Shown piece after piece: positions 21,099 to 31,226 of a stretch of 64,000 nucleotides of DNA. The translations under genes and the position numbers were made by a program. The stretch comes from Candidatus Fermentithermobacillaceae bacterium (GTDB lineage: Bacteria; Bacillota; Sulfobacillia; Fermentithermobacillales; DUSS01). The notes beneath the pieces are model-generated. The model made no database searches, was not told the origin of the DNA, and saw nothing but the letters and a program-made list of their open reading frames with translations. Where the stretch lies: positions 118,438 through 182,437 of the forward strand of contig JADBKE010000008.1 in the NCBI GenBank assembly GCA_014896535.1, read 5' to 3'. Within the stretch, counting starts at the first letter, position 1. Every line of letters starts with the position of its first letter.

Positions 21099-21750
21099 TC
21101 TTCCCCAACCTCCTCTCGCCCCATCCCAGGATACGGCTGAAGGTGAGGGTCAGCGCCAGGTATATCAGGGCAGCTGTAAAATAAGCTTCAAACGGCCTAA
21201 AACTCCTTCCCGCCATCATCCGGGACCTCATCATCAGGTCTTCCATACCGATGACGGACACCAGGGACGATTCCTTCAAAAGAGCTATGAACTCGTTCCC
21301 CATGGGAGGGACCACCCTCCGCAGAGCTTGCGGCAGAATCACGTATCTCATCGCCTGAACGTAAGTCATTCCAAGGGATCTCGCCGCCTCCATCTGCCCC
21401 CGGTCGATGGATTCGATTCCCGCCCTCATGATCTCGGCGATGTAGGCGGTGCTGTTGAGAGTGAGGGCCAGGAGCGCATCGATGTATCCCACCGGCGTAT
21501 AACCGAATATCTGAGGAAGCCCGAAGTGGATGAGGTAAATCTGAGCGAGCAACGGAGTCCCCCGGACGAAATCGATGTACGCAACCGCAGGGTAATGAAA
21601 GATGGGATTCTTCGAAATGCGCGCAAGGGCCAGCAGTAGCCCGAGGACGCTTCCCGCCGAAAAGGCGACGACCGTGAACTCCACGGTGATCCCCACGCCC
21701 TGAAGCAGAAAGGGAAGGTATCTCGCTACTACCTCAAGGTCGAATACCAA
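21085..21750 (-). CDS. Polar amino-acid ABC transporter permease (HisM/GlnP family)
   Basis: 221 aa. EAA-type loop region ([32 protein letters not shown]), 5 TM. Overlaps the ATPase gene by 14 bp. Confidence 0.85.
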   Translation of the reverse strand: MVFDLEVVARYLPFLLQGVGITVEFTVVAFSAGSVLGLLLALARISKNPIFHYPAVAYIDFVRGTPLLAQIYLIHFGLPQIFGYTPVGYIDALLALTLNSTAYIAEIMRAGIESIDRGQMEAARSLGMTYVQAMRYVILPQALRRVVPPMGNEFIALLKESSLVSVIGMEDLMMRSRMMAGRSFRPFEAYFTAALIYLALTLTFSRILGWGERRLGKSAQG

Positions 21751-21804
21751 TTAAGCCCGCTCCTTGCTGAAATGAGTCTCGTGCTCCGTCAGTTGCCTCC
21801 GGGC

Positions 21805-22608
21805 CTACTTCTTCCCAAAGTACTTCTCATATATCTCGTCGTACTTTCCGCTGGCCTTTATCTTCGCCAGTCCTTTGTTGATGAGCTCGTGAATGTCCTT
21901 ATCCTCTTTCCGCATGGCGATGCCGTAGTACTCCACGGTAAACGCGGGTTCGGGTATGACCACTTTATCCTCGGGGTGATTCTTGAGATACTCCTGGATC
22001 ACGGGAAGGTCACATATTATTGCGTCCACCGCACCGGTCTTGAGCTCGTTGAACAGGTCGGCGGCGGCGTCGAGGCGCTTGATCTGCATTTCTGGAAGCT
22101 TCTCTTCCGCGAACTTGGCATTGAGTTTCTGCGCGGCGAAGTCACCCGTCGTGTTGACCTGAACAGCTACCTTCTTTCCCGCCAGGTCGTTCAACTTCTT
22201 AATAGGCGAACCTTCTTTAACAGCCCACGCCTGACCCGACTCGAAGTACGGATCGGAGAACTTCACCTGTAAAGCTCGCTCGTCGGTGATGGTCATCCCC
22301 GATACGACCAGGTCAGCTTCCTTTGTCAGGAGCGCCGGGATGAGGCTGTTCCAGTCGAGATGCCTGTACTCCACCTCGAAGCCGGCCGCTTCAGCTATAG
22401 CTTTGATCAGATCGACATCGAATCCCGCCGGCTGCTTCGTCTTTTCGTCGATGTACTCGAAGGGTGCAAACGTGCACTCGCCGACGGCTATTAGCTTCCT
22501 CTTGGGCCCGGCGGAAGGTGCACCGGCTTCTTTTTTGGCGCAACCGGCAAGACCCATGGCGGTTACGAGTACAGCTATGCCCAGGACGGCGACCAATATC
22601 TTTCGCAT
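21805..22608 (-). CDS. Amino-acid ABC transporter substrate-binding lipoprotein
   Basis: 267 aa. Signal peptide plus lipobox LAGCAKKE, SBP_bac_3-like body. RBS AAGGAGGA. Confidence 0.85.
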   Translation of the reverse strand: MRKILVAVLGIAVLVTAMGLAGCAKKEAGAPSAGPKRKLIAVGECTFAPFEYIDEKTKQPAGFDVDLIKAIAEAAGFEVEYRHLDWNSLIPALLTKEADLVVSGMTITDERALQVKFSDPYFESGQAWAVKEGSPIKKLNDLAGKKVAVQVNTTGDFAAQKLNAKFAEEKLPEMQIKRLDAAADLFNELKTGAVDAIICDLPVIQEYLKNHPEDKVVIPEPAFTVEYYGIAMRKEDKDIHELINKGLAKIKASGKYDEIYEKYFGKK

Positions 22609-22724
22609 ACCGTGACATCCTCCTTTATAGACATGAGTGGGCTCTGAATATCCCCCGCTATTTCGCTATCGGAATACAGCATTCCTTCACCAGGCGGGAA
22701 AATCGTTCGCCTATGCCTATCAGG

Positions 22725-24383
22725 TCAAACCCGGCAGATATGCACCGTAACCAGGGGTTTGACGCCGGTCTCGTGGTGAACGTACTTGGCGACCGTTTCT
22801 TCGAGGTCGTGACGGATGAACTCCAGGTCTGAGAGCGCTTCTGTGGGCAATGCCTGGAAGTACGAGCGAGTACGCCTGGATATCTCCTGAAGGACGCCGT
22901 CCTCGGGAGCATTGTACATGAAGCCTCTGGACTCAACAGCGGGCTCCGACGCAAGCTCCCGCCCGCCCCGGGACAAAACCACCGATATGGTGATGATACC
23001 GGCTTCCGCCAGTATCCTGCGCTCCCTCAGTACCTCTTCGCTGACGTGGGTCAGGCCGACGTTGTCCAGCATGATGCCTCCGGTAGGCACTACGTCAACG
23101 ATCTCTCCGCTGTCCGGGGTCAGCCGGAAAACCGAACCGTTCTCGCCGATGAGCACTCTCGACGGGGCCACTCCCGTTTGCTGGGCCAGCTCCCCGTGGA
23201 TGACCAGGTGCCGGTATTCGCCGTGGATGGGAATGAAGAATCTGGGCTTGACCAGGTTGAGGATGAGTTTCAGCTCTTCCTGGCTGGAATGGCCCGATAC
23301 ATGAACGCCCGATTCAGGCGTGTATATGACCTTCGCACCCCGGCGGAACAGGTTGTCCACCGTTTGCGAGACCATGGTCTCGTTTCCAGGCACCGGCGTC
23401 GCCGCCATAATCACCAGGTCTCCCTCGTCTATCTCGACGTGCTTGTGCTCCCCCAGGGACATTCTGTGCAGCGCCGAAAGGGGTTCCCCCTGGCTGCCGG
23501 TGCTCAAAATCACCATCTTCGACCGAGGATACTTGTCGAGATCCTCGACGTCTACCAGAGTGCCGATGGGCGCTTTGAGGTACCCGAGAGCGAGCGCGAC
23601 CTCTACGACGTTCTGCATGCTGCGACCCACCACCGCAACTTTCCTGCCGAAGTAGCTTGCGGTATCGATGACCTGCTGGATACGGGGGACGTTAGAAGCG
23701 AACGTCGTCACGATTATCCTCTCGGTTGCCCCGGAAAAAATTCGAAAAAGCGCCTCACCAACGTCCTTTTCAGAGGGGGTAAATCCAGGGCGGTCGGCAT
23801 GAGTGCTGTCAGAAAGCAGCGCCAAAACGCCCCTCTCGCCCACTTCCGCGAGTCGATGATAGTCGAAGACCTCTCCGTCTATAGGCGTTTGGTCGAGCTT
23901 GAAATCGCCGGTGTGAACGAGAATCCCGGCGTCGGTATAGATGATTAAGCCGCACGAATCGGAAACAGAATGGGTGACCCGGAAGAACTCCACCTTGATT
24001 CCGCCGAAGCTCACAACATCTCTGGGAGCTACCGTCCGAAAATCATAGCCTCCGTCGGTAAGCACCTCATTGATTTTGCGCTTCGCGAGACCCAGCGTAA
24101 GCTTGGTTCCGTATACGGGAACGTTCACTTCTTTCAGAGCCCACGGCAGCGCGCCTACGTGATCTTCGTGTCCGTGGGTCAGCACGATACCTCTGAGCTT
24201 CCGCTTCTGCTTCTTTACATAGGTAATGTCCGGAATCACCAGGTCGACACCGAGCATGTCCTCGTGAGGAAAAGCGAGACCGCAGTCGATCAAAATGGCG
24301 TCCTCGCCGGACTCCACCATCATAATGTTCTTTCCGATCTCACCGAGACCGCCCAGGGCAGTTAGTCTGACTTCTCTTGGCAT
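22725..24383 (-). CDS. rnj: Ribonuclease J (metallo-beta-lactamase/beta-CASP RNase)
   Basis: LTALGGLGEIGKN...VLTHGHEDHVGALP aligns with B. subtilis RNase J1. The likely ATG is at 24383 (MPREVRL) with RBS GAGAGGA. The track start at 24458 is an in-frame extension. Confidence 0.9.
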   Translation of the reverse strand: MPREVRLTALGGLGEIGKNIMMVESGEDAILIDCGLAFPHEDMLGVDLVIPDITYVKKQKRKLRGIVLTHGHEDHVGALPWALKEVNVPVYGTKLTLGLAKRKINEVLTDGGYDFRTVAPRDVVSFGGIKVEFFRVTHSVSDSCGLIIYTDAGILVHTGDFKLDQTPIDGEVFDYHRLAEVGERGVLALLSDSTHADRPGFTPSEKDVGEALFRIFSGATERIIVTTFASNVPRIQQVIDTASYFGRKVAVVGRSMQNVVEVALALGYLKAPIGTLVDVEDLDKYPRSKMVILSTGSQGEPLSALHRMSLGEHKHVEIDEGDLVIMAATPVPGNETMVSQTVDNLFRRGAKVIYTPESGVHVSGHSSQEELKLILNLVKPRFFIPIHGEYRHLVIHGELAQQTGVAPSRVLIGENGSVFRLTPDSGEIVDVVPTGGIMLDNVGLTHVSEEVLRERRILAEAGIITISVVLSRGGRELASEPAVESRGFMYNAPEDGVLQEISRRTRSYFQALPTEALSDLEFIRHDLEETVAKYVHHETGVKPLVTVHICRV

Positions 24384-24404
24384 CGATCCTCTCACCGGTT
24401 TTCT

Positions 24405-24434
24405 AGTATAACCGTAGCTGGTGCCGGATGCCAA
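24405..24434 (-). promoter_or_regulatory. Candidate sigma-A promoter of rnj
   Basis: Minus-strand -35 TTGGCA (24429-24434) and -10 TATACT (24405-24410), 18 nt spacer, about 25 nt upstream of the rnj ATG. Confidence 0.4.
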
Positions 24435-24708
24435 CTCGAATCCCGCGCCCTTTGTCATCGGCCAGTGATATTGTCACCCCATGAGCACGTTTGTGGAACT
24501 TGCTCGCCGCTCCAGGCGGTATTCCTCGAAAGTCGCAGTTCCGTTTCGCAAAATCGAGGGACTCAAGCACTATGGGTCCCCCCTCCGGGGAACCTGTACT
24601 CCTTCGTCTGAACCGCCTCGTACGGGTCAGGGTCGAACTTATACCCTACGGCTGACTGGGTAAGGCGATCCATGCACAGTCCTCCATCGATCAGACGAAT
24701 GCTCCAGG

Positions 24709-24742
24709 GCCTGGAAACAGAAAGGGAACCGGACAGGTTCCC
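24709..24742 (-). terminator. Candidate intrinsic terminator downstream of the stress-protein gene
   Basis: Transcript sense GGGAACC-ugucc-GGUUCCC followed by UUUCUGUUUCC, about 110 nt after the stop at 24851. Confidence 0.35.
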
Positions 24743-24850
24743 CGCGTTGATTCGCCTTGTGCCGCCGGGGACCAGGACAATTTCCCCGGTCACGCCGACG
24801 GCGACGAGCGAGAGGTTACATCTACCTTGACTTGTAACCGGGTGGGCGTT

Positions 24851-25378
24851 TCAGTGGGTCTCCACCTCGGTGGCGCCATGCCTTCTCATGATCTCGGCGG
24901 CTTCCGACACTTTGTCGTCGTCGGTCCGCACGAGGGCGACTATCTTTCCTTCCTTAACCCTTTCCTCGTACCTTCGACCCACGTTCTCCGGGATACCCCA
25001 GTCGATCAGCCCCCCAGCGATGCCTCCCGTAACGGCGCCGGTCAGCGCCGCTGCAACAGGACCCGCGGCCAGGATGGGACCTATCCCTGGAATGGCGAGA
25101 GCCCCAGCGCTGGCCAGAAGACCGGCTAGCCCGCCTACAGCCCCTCCGGTGTAAACCCCGGTGGACAGATCCTGGCCGACTCCCATGGTCATTCCGCGGT
25201 CGCCGCGCTCACCCTGCCCGCGGCCCTCACCGGCTCCGCCTCCACCGACCTCCTGGCGGACGTTTTCCCGGGCGAGGATGGAGATCTCGTCCTTCTTGAA
25301 CCCCTTCCGCTGCAGGTCGTCTACGGCTTTTTCGGCCTTGCTCGTGTCGTCGAATACTCCGATTACCGTCTTTGCCAT
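24851..25378 (-). CDS. General stress protein 17M (YflT)-like, glycine-zipper-rich
   Basis: MAKTVIGVFDD...KGFKKDEISIL N-terminal domain repeated at the C-terminus (KIVALVRTDDDKVSEAAEIMRRHGA). Central Gly/Ala-rich glycine-zipper segment. Strong RBS GAGGAGGTGA. Confidence 0.6.
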   Translation of the reverse strand: MAKTVIGVFDDTSKAEKAVDDLQRKGFKKDEISILARENVRQEVGGGGAGEGRGQGERGDRGMTMGVGQDLSTGVYTGGAVGGLAGLLASAGALAIPGIGPILAAGPVAAALTGAVTGGIAGGLIDWGIPENVGRRYEERVKEGKIVALVRTDDDKVSEAAEIMRRHGATEVETH

Positions 25379-25569
25379 TGCGTTCACCTCCTCGCACTAT
25401 CTTTCCCAGCGTGGAAGAAAAGCATTACGTATCAGATGGCGGATTTCAAACGGCCTCTGGCCAAGTAAACTAAGGACCCGTCTGTGAGTTGCCTTGTGGC
25501 GATCGGAACGCTTCAGGCGCTCCTGACAAGCTCATAAGAAGTGCGCGCGGAAAATACGCTTCATATCGA

Positions 25570-25914
25570 GGTGAACCCACTTTGTGGTCCGCCCTGGTGT
25601 CCGTCACGTCGGGCCTTTTCATAATAGCGATATCTGTCGTGGCGCGGGCGCGGAGGATATCAGCTGCCTGGCGGATGAGAACCAGAGAGGCGGTAGAGCC
25701 TCCGTCACCCCTGGGCGAAGCTTTGAAGGAGTTCGTAGCGATAGCAGGCGGAACTTACCTGGGCCTGTCTGCCCTGGCGGAGTTCTTGAAACTTCGCATC
25801 CCCGAACACGCGGTTCTATGGGGTGTAGCTTTCGACCCTCTGGCCCTGATCGCGGTCGTACTGGCACTCCTCACTCCCATCTTGCCGGTGCCGCCCGCCA
25901 GGCAAGGGCGATAA
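25570..25914 (+). CDS. Small 3-TM membrane protein, hypothetical
   Basis: Three hydrophobic helices (LWSALVSVTSGLFIIAISVV; FVAIAGGTYLGLSALAEFL; VLWGVAFDPLALIAVVLALL). Possible TTG start after AGGTGA. No recognisable family. Confidence 0.3.
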   Translation, partial: GEPTLWSALVSVTSGLFIIAISVVARARRISAAWRMRTREAVEPPSPLGEALKEFVAIAGGTYLGLSALAEFLKLRIPEHAVLWGVAFDPLALIAVVLALLTPILPVPPARQGR

Positions 25915-26039
25915 CGGGCACCCGTGGAGGTGCGGACTGCGCGGCACCGCCCGAGCTCCTTAAGAGGAAACGCGGATTAAAAAAGAAAGAAGCAGGTTGA
26001 TACCACCTGCTTGAGAAAGGTTTCTGCGGTCCTGCGAGA

Positions 26040-26225
26040 CTACTTTCTCTTTTTGTTGGCCCGAAGATTCAAGTATTCAAGAAAAACCCGATCGAAGAGT
26101 TCGCTGGTTTCGCTCGCTTCTTGAATCTTCCGGGGATCGTACTGCTGGCCTGCTTCTACGTTCAGCTTCTGCCTGAGCTCTTCCAGATCCCGCAGGATCC
26201 GCTCTTCGCTACGGATTGCTTCCAA
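26040..26225 (-). CDS. Possible small charged helical protein (61 aa), hypothetical
   Basis: Highly charged, with a K-rich C-terminus (ANKKRK). Non-ATG start and a poor RBS. May be spurious. Confidence 0.15.
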   Translation of the reverse strand: MEAIRSEERILRDLEELRQKLNVEAGQQYDPRKIQEASETSELFDRVFLEYLNLRANKKRK

Positions 26226-26446
26226 CGCCTCCCCGCTTTATTACCCGGACGTCACAACAGGCAAACGTTCGACACCAACAGCCCTAGACATCCGGTTTTC
26301 GTCATTATACGACGAGATTCCCGGAGTTTGAAGATACGCGTTTCCGACATGGCCCGGAAAACCCGGGCTGGCACCGGAAAAGCACCACAACCGGTTTTCG
26401 ATGTGGCCAATGTTATAATCGTATCAAAAGTCAACCGGAGGTATAC

Positions 26447-27902
26447 GATGGACAGAACATCTCTACCGGCGGTCTTTACTTGTGCAGCCTCGTTCCTTCC
26501 CGTCCTCGCCGTCGTGTTTTTCCGCAAGCTTGATCCTCATCGCAGGGCACGCGCCGCGGTACTGGTCGCCGCCGTGACCTTCACCTTCGTCGCAATCGGC
26601 GGGATCCTGGCCTGGGGGCGCACCTCTATCTTGAGCCTTCCCATGGAGATGCCGCCCTTGGGGATGTCCTTCGTCGTGGACCCGCTGGGCCTGTACTTTG
26701 GCCTCATCGTCGCCGGGATATGGCTGTTGGTTTCCATTTACTCTGTGGCCTACTTCGAGCACGACGAACGGGCGGGCCGCTTCCTCTCCGCATCCATGCT
26801 CTCGTTCGCCGGCACCCTGGGCGTCGCTTTCGCGGGCGACATGTTCACCCTGTTCCTGTTCTTCGAACTCATGTCCCTCGCCGCTTACGTTCTCATCGTT
26901 CATGACCAAACTCAGGAAGCTGTGGCCGCAGGCTTCAAGTACCTGCTCATGACCATCGGCGGAAGCCTGGGTATATTTTTCGGGCTCATAGCGACGTTTC
27001 ATGCGTCCGGGACTCTGAGCTTTTACCCCGGACATCTGGGCGCGTCCGCAGGCGGTGTAGTAGCTTTTGTCGGGTATCTCATCGGGTTCGGCATAAAGGC
27101 CGGCCTGTTTCCGCTTCATATATGGCTTCCCGACGCACACCCCGTAGCTCCGTCTCCCGCCAGCGCCCTTCTTTCCGGGCTCATGATAAAGACGGGCGCA
27201 TTCGGTCTGATTCGCGTCTTCTGGCAGTTTTTCGGAAGGGATTACCTCGCCTCGACCGGGTGGGTCGGCATTCTTTTGGTGTTGTCGGCCATAACGATCT
27301 TCCTCGGCTCGGCCGTGGCCATTTTACAGGAAGACATCAAGCGACGGCTGGCGTATTCCAGCGTGGCCCAAATAGGTTACGTGCTGCTCGGGGTTGCGCT
27401 TCTCAACGAACGCGGTCTCGTTGGTGCGCTGTTCCACCTCTTCGGACACGCCCTCATGAAATCCGCCCTATTCATGTCGGCTGGGGCGGTGATTCACGAA
27501 ACCGGCAGGAGAAAGGTGTCGGATTACTCCGGGATGGGGAAGATAATGCCCCGGACGATGGCGAGCTTTTCGGTGGCGGCTCTCTCCATGGTCGGCATCC
27601 CCCCACTGGTGGGTTTCATATCCAAGTGGCATCTGGCATGGGGGGCGCTGGACGCTTCTATGCCGTGGGTGGTCGTGCTTTTGCTCATATCCAGCTTCAT
27701 GAACGGCATCTACTACCTTCCCATCGTCATCCAGGCGTGGTTCGGGCAATCCGGCGACGATGTCGCACCGGTCAGGGAAAGACCCTCTTTTTGGGTTCCC
27801 GTTGCACTTTGCGCCATCGGAATTTTCGCGGTCGGGCTCGTGTTTGGGAATGCACCCTTGGCCTTAGCCCGGATCGCCGCCCGCGCGCTGACCGGGGAGT
27901 AG
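26447..27902 (+). CDS. Proton-translocating antiporter-like membrane subunit, MrpD/NuoN (PF00361) family
   Basis: 485 aa, about 14 TM. Conserved TM7 region GIKAGLFPLHIWLPDAHPVAPSPASALLSGLMIKTGAFG, TM5 Glu (FFELMSL) and TM12 Lys (HALMKSALF). ATG at 26447 with RBS GGAGGT. The track ORF start at 26121 is upstream read-through. Confidence 0.85.
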
Positions 27903-27908
27903 TTGAAC

Positions 27909-30356
27909 GTGAACCGATCGCAGACGCACTGCAACGAATCCCATCTAGCGGGGAGTGGAGCGAAACTCGAAGCGGGCAGGTCACGGCCGGTCTGGTGGGG
28001 CCATCTCGCGGACGTCCTGCCGCTTGCATCTTTGGCGCTGTACGGAGCCGGGGCCTTGTTATCCCTTCACCTTATGCTCGGGCACCGCGAGCTCACTCTG
28101 TTCGTGCCCGGAGTTTTGCAACACGGCCTGTCTTTCAAGCTTGACTCCCTGTCGTGCCTTTTCATCCTGGTTGCGTCCACGGCCTGGTTTTTTGCAGGGT
28201 TGTTTTCCCTACCCTACCTGAAACGGTCCCATGCCACCGGTTCTCAAGCGCACGGCAACGCCGCCGTCACGCCAACCGCGTCTCCTCATTCCTCAAGCCA
28301 CGTCCTGTTCTACACGGCGTTTCTCTTGAGCTTTCTCTTCACCGCCGCGGTATTCGCGTCCGGCGATTACCTTACGCTCTTCCTTTTCTTTGAACTCCTG
28401 ACCTTGTCATCTTACCTGCTCGTACGGTATGAGGGGACTCCCGAGGCCGAAAAGGCCGGGACTCTATACCTTTACATGAGTCTCGCAGGCGGGCTGTTGG
28501 TGCTCGGCGGAATCCTGCTGGTTTCGTGGTACAGCGGCAGTTTCGCCTTTTCGAACCTGCACTCCCTGCCGGAACGGGCCAAACTCGTTGCGGTGGTCCT
28601 TTTATCAGCCGGCTTCGGCGTAAAAGCCGGGCTCCCGGGACTCAACGTCTGGCTTCCCGAAGCTCACCCGGTCGCGCCGTCGCCCGCCTCCGCCGTGCTG
28701 TCCGGCGTCATGATCAAGGTGGGAGCGTATGGCATCATGCTTACTTTTTCGGCCCTGGGTGAATCTCCGTGGCGAAGCGAAGCTTTTCTCGCCATCGCCT
28801 TCCTGGGAGTGTTCGACATCTGGTGGGGTGGGCTGCGCGCCCTGAGGGAGGACAATCTCAAGCGAATCCTCGCCTTTTCCAGTGTGAGTCAGATGGGGTA
28901 TATTCTCGTCGCCATAGGATCTGCCGGGGCCTTCGGCAATTCAGCTCACGCCGGCGCGGTGAGCGCCGCCGGCGCTCTGGGAACAAGCGTAGAAGAGGCC
29001 TGGAAGACCGGGTCAGCCGGGTTGGGCACAGCCCTCTCCGGCGCCCTCTACCACATCATCGGTCATTCGCTCTTCAAAGCCTGCCTCTTCCTTGTGGCCG
29101 GTGCCGCTCTCCTATCGAGGGGCAGCACATCATTGAGGGACTTGTCGGGCGTGGCACGCTCGTCCCCATGGGTATCCCTGGGCACGGTGACCGCCGCGCT
29201 CGCCATCACCGGATTCCCGGGACTCACCGGATTTGCGTCCAAGACTCTCATTCACGAAGCTCTCCTGGAGGCGGTCCATGGGTCACCGGCCGGGGTCAGT
29301 GCAGCCGTTATTCTGGAAAAGGGGTTCCTGTGGGGTTCGTACCTGACTGCCGTGTATTTCGGCAGAGTCTTGATTCACCTTTACGGGCTCAACAAGAAGC
29401 CCGGGGAGCCGGCGAAGGTACACCGGTACCCGATACCGGCCATTTTCGCGGTGGTCTTCGGCGGGTACTTCGTGCTTCTTCTGCTCACCGGGATAAGTCC
29501 CGGGCACGTCCTGAATCTAGTGGTGAGCCCGGCCGCCAGTGCCCTGGGAAGCTCCTCTCACGAAGAAATTCCAGTGCACTTTTTCAGCCCTGAAACGCTG
29601 GCCCCCGTGGCCGCCGGGTACGTCATAGCCGGGGGTATCCTCCTCGCCGGCAGGCAGGTCAGGGGCATTTCCGCGCATATCCAGGGCGGAACTTTGCTCG
29701 AGTTTTACCGCAGCACGCTCCCGCGCATGGGAACCAGGCTCGCTTGCTGGTTTTCCCGGCTCAACGCACTGGCCACGCAGGTATACTGCTTCTTCGCCGC
29801 AGCTGCGTGGCAAGTCGTGCGGTGCTTCGGCGGGCTGGAGAAGCTCACTCAAACCACCTGGGCCGGGTCCAGTCACGCCGCTCTTGCCTTCGTTCAGCTG
29901 GCTTACCGGGGAGATTCGCTGGACGCTCGCGCTTTTAGCCAACTCAAGCACGCGTTTTTCCAGGCAAGTTTCGCGGTGGGTCAACTCGAGGCGGGCGAGG
30001 ACCGTCTTGTATCGTCGGCGCAAAGGCTATCCGGAAGACTAATTCGCTGGATCGCGCGGAAAGAGACATCTTTCGAAGAGTCGGTGGAACGCGGAGCCCG
30101 CAGCACGAGGTATGTTCCGCTGGCAGCGGGAAAAATCGACGGCGCCCTGAGTTCCGAAGCTCAAACCGCCGCCCGGGGCGCAGGGAGTCTTGTGCAGTCC
30201 GCATCGAAGCTGGTGGAGGCAAGCAGGCCCCGGGCGGTCCAGGACTGGCTTGATCAGACGACCGCAGACGTGGTAGTCCGGGCGTCCCGAGTATTGATAT
30301 GGCTCACCCTGGGAATAGTGGCCTTCGCCGCGGGAGCGCTCCTCATTGTCAGATAG
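27909..30356 (+). CDS. Antiporter-like membrane subunit, MrpA/NuoL-type, with long amphipathic C-terminal extension and terminal TM
   Basis: About 815 aa. Core GLPGLNVWLPEAHPVAPSPASAVLSGVMIKVGAYG is nearly identical to the upstream paralog over 25 aa. After about 570 aa of TM helices there is roughly 250 aa of Ala/Arg/Ser/Gln-rich amphipathic sequence, then a final TM (VLIWLTLGIVAFAAGALLIV). GTG at 27909 follows RBS GGGGAG directly after the stop of the upstream gene. Confidence 0.8.
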   Translation: MNRSQTHCNESHLAGSGAKLEAGRSRPVWWGHLADVLPLASLALYGAGALLSLHLMLGHRELTLFVPGVLQHGLSFKLDSLSCLFILVASTAWFFAGLFSLPYLKRSHATGSQAHGNAAVTPTASPHSSSHVLFYTAFLLSFLFTAAVFASGDYLTLFLFFELLTLSSYLLVRYEGTPEAEKAGTLYLYMSLAGGLLVLGGILLVSWYSGSFAFSNLHSLPERAKLVAVVLLSAGFGVKAGLPGLNVWLPEAHPVAPSPASAVLSGVMIKVGAYGIMLTFSALGESPWRSEAFLAIAFLGVFDIWWGGLRALREDNLKRILAFSSVSQMGYILVAIGSAGAFGNSAHAGAVSAAGALGTSVEEAWKTGSAGLGTALSGALYHIIGHSLFKACLFLVAGAALLSRGSTSLRDLSGVARSSPWVSLGTVTAALAITGFPGLTGFASKTLIHEALLEAVHGSPAGVSAAVILEKGFLWGSYLTAVYFGRVLIHLYGLNKKPGEPAKVHRYPIPAIFAVVFGGYFVLLLLTGISPGHVLNLVVSPAASALGSSSHEEIPVHFFSPETLAPVAAGYVIAGGILLAGRQVRGISAHIQGGTLLEFYRSTLPRMGTRLACWFSRLNALATQVYCFFAAAAWQVVRCFGGLEKLTQTTWAGSSHAALAFVQLAYRGDSLDARAFSQLKHAFFQASFAVGQLEAGEDRLVSSAQRLSGRLIRWIARKETSFEESVERGARSTRYVPLAAGKIDGALSSEAQTAARGAGSLVQSASKLVEASRPRAVQDWLDQTTADVVVRASRVLIWLTLGIVAFAAGALLIVR

Positions 30357-30371
30357 GGTCGGGACGCCGGC

Positions 30372-31226
30372 TCAGGCCTGTGACCTCAAACTCTTGAGCG
30401 TTTGGACGTTTCTCTCGTCGTCTTCCGCCGAATCCTGTGGAGTTTCCAGAATGCCGGGTATGTCGGGGGGTAAAAGAGGCGAACCGAGGATGGCACGAAA
30501 TCCGTCGGCGCCGATTTTGCCTCGTCCAATGTGCTCGTGCCTGTCCACGTGCGAACCGCAGTCCCCTTTGGAATCGTTCATATGGATGACGCCCAGCCTG
30601 CTCAGACCAATACAACGGTCAAATTCCTTCAACGTGGCATCCACCGCGCGGGCAGAGGACAGGTCATACCCGGCAGCAAAGGCGTGGCACGTGTCGAGGC
30701 AGGCCCCCACCCGGTCTGCGGGCAGGTTTTCCAGCATCGCACCGATGACTTCAAACCTCCATCCGATCTCCCTGCCCTGCCCGGCTGTGTTTTCCAGGAG
30801 GATCTTGACCGGGCCTCGGTAGGCGTCGAGGGCACTCCGGATGCTATCGGTCACTCTCGCGATGGCCTGGGGGGACTCGGACTCCTCTCCGGGAGAAAGG
30901 TGGCCAAGATGCGTGACCAGATACTTCGCGCCCAGAGCCTCGCTTCTACCTAAATCCTCCACCAGAATCTCGATGGAAGCGAGGCGTTTTTCCCGGTCAG
31001 CGGAGGCAAGGTTGAGAAAATAAGGCACGTGAACCACAAGGGGCCAGATACCGAGGCGGTCAAACATTTCCTTCATTTTTTCGATGTCCCGGGAGTCGAG
31101 GGCGGAGGCTTTGCCTCCCCGCGGGCTTCTGGAGAAAACCTGCACGGTCTCGCAGCCCAGACGCTCAGCCCTCCGGGCCATGGCCTCCATTCCGCCCTGA
31201 ATCGATACGTGAATGCCTATTCTCAT
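30372..31226 (-). CDS. nfo: Endonuclease IV (AP endonuclease family 2)
   Basis: MRIGIHVSIQGG...VHVPYFLNLAS...HLGH...IHMND motifs of Nfo (TIM barrel, Zn ligands). Internal ATG at 31226 preferred over the track start at 31301. Confidence 0.85.
   Translation of the reverse strand: MRIGIHVSIQGGMEAMARRAERLGCETVQVFSRSPRGGKASALDSRDIEKMKEMFDRLGIWPLVVHVPYFLNLASADREKRLASIEILVEDLGRSEALGAKYLVTHLGHLSPGEESESPQAIARVTDSIRSALDAYRGPVKILLENTAGQGREIGWRFEVIGAMLENLPADRVGACLDTCHAFAAGYDLSSARAVDATLKEFDRCIGLSRLGVIHMNDSKGDCGSHVDRHEHIGRGKIGADGFRAILGSPLLPPDIPGILETPQDSAEDDERNVQTLKSLRSQA

Noticed and set aside
26121-26446. 5' part of the 593-aa track ORF for the first antiporter-like gene
   Set aside because: The upstream 109 codons are hydrophilic junk overlapping the small minus-strand ORF. 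A canonical RBS (GGAGGT) and ATG at 26447 begin the conserved membrane protein.
26447-30356. DabAB (DIC-uptake) or MpsAB assignment for the antiporter-like pair
   Set aside because: Those systems need a DabA/MpsB (PF10070) soluble partner. Both genes here are PF00361-type membrane subunits, and no DabA-like ORF is in the window.
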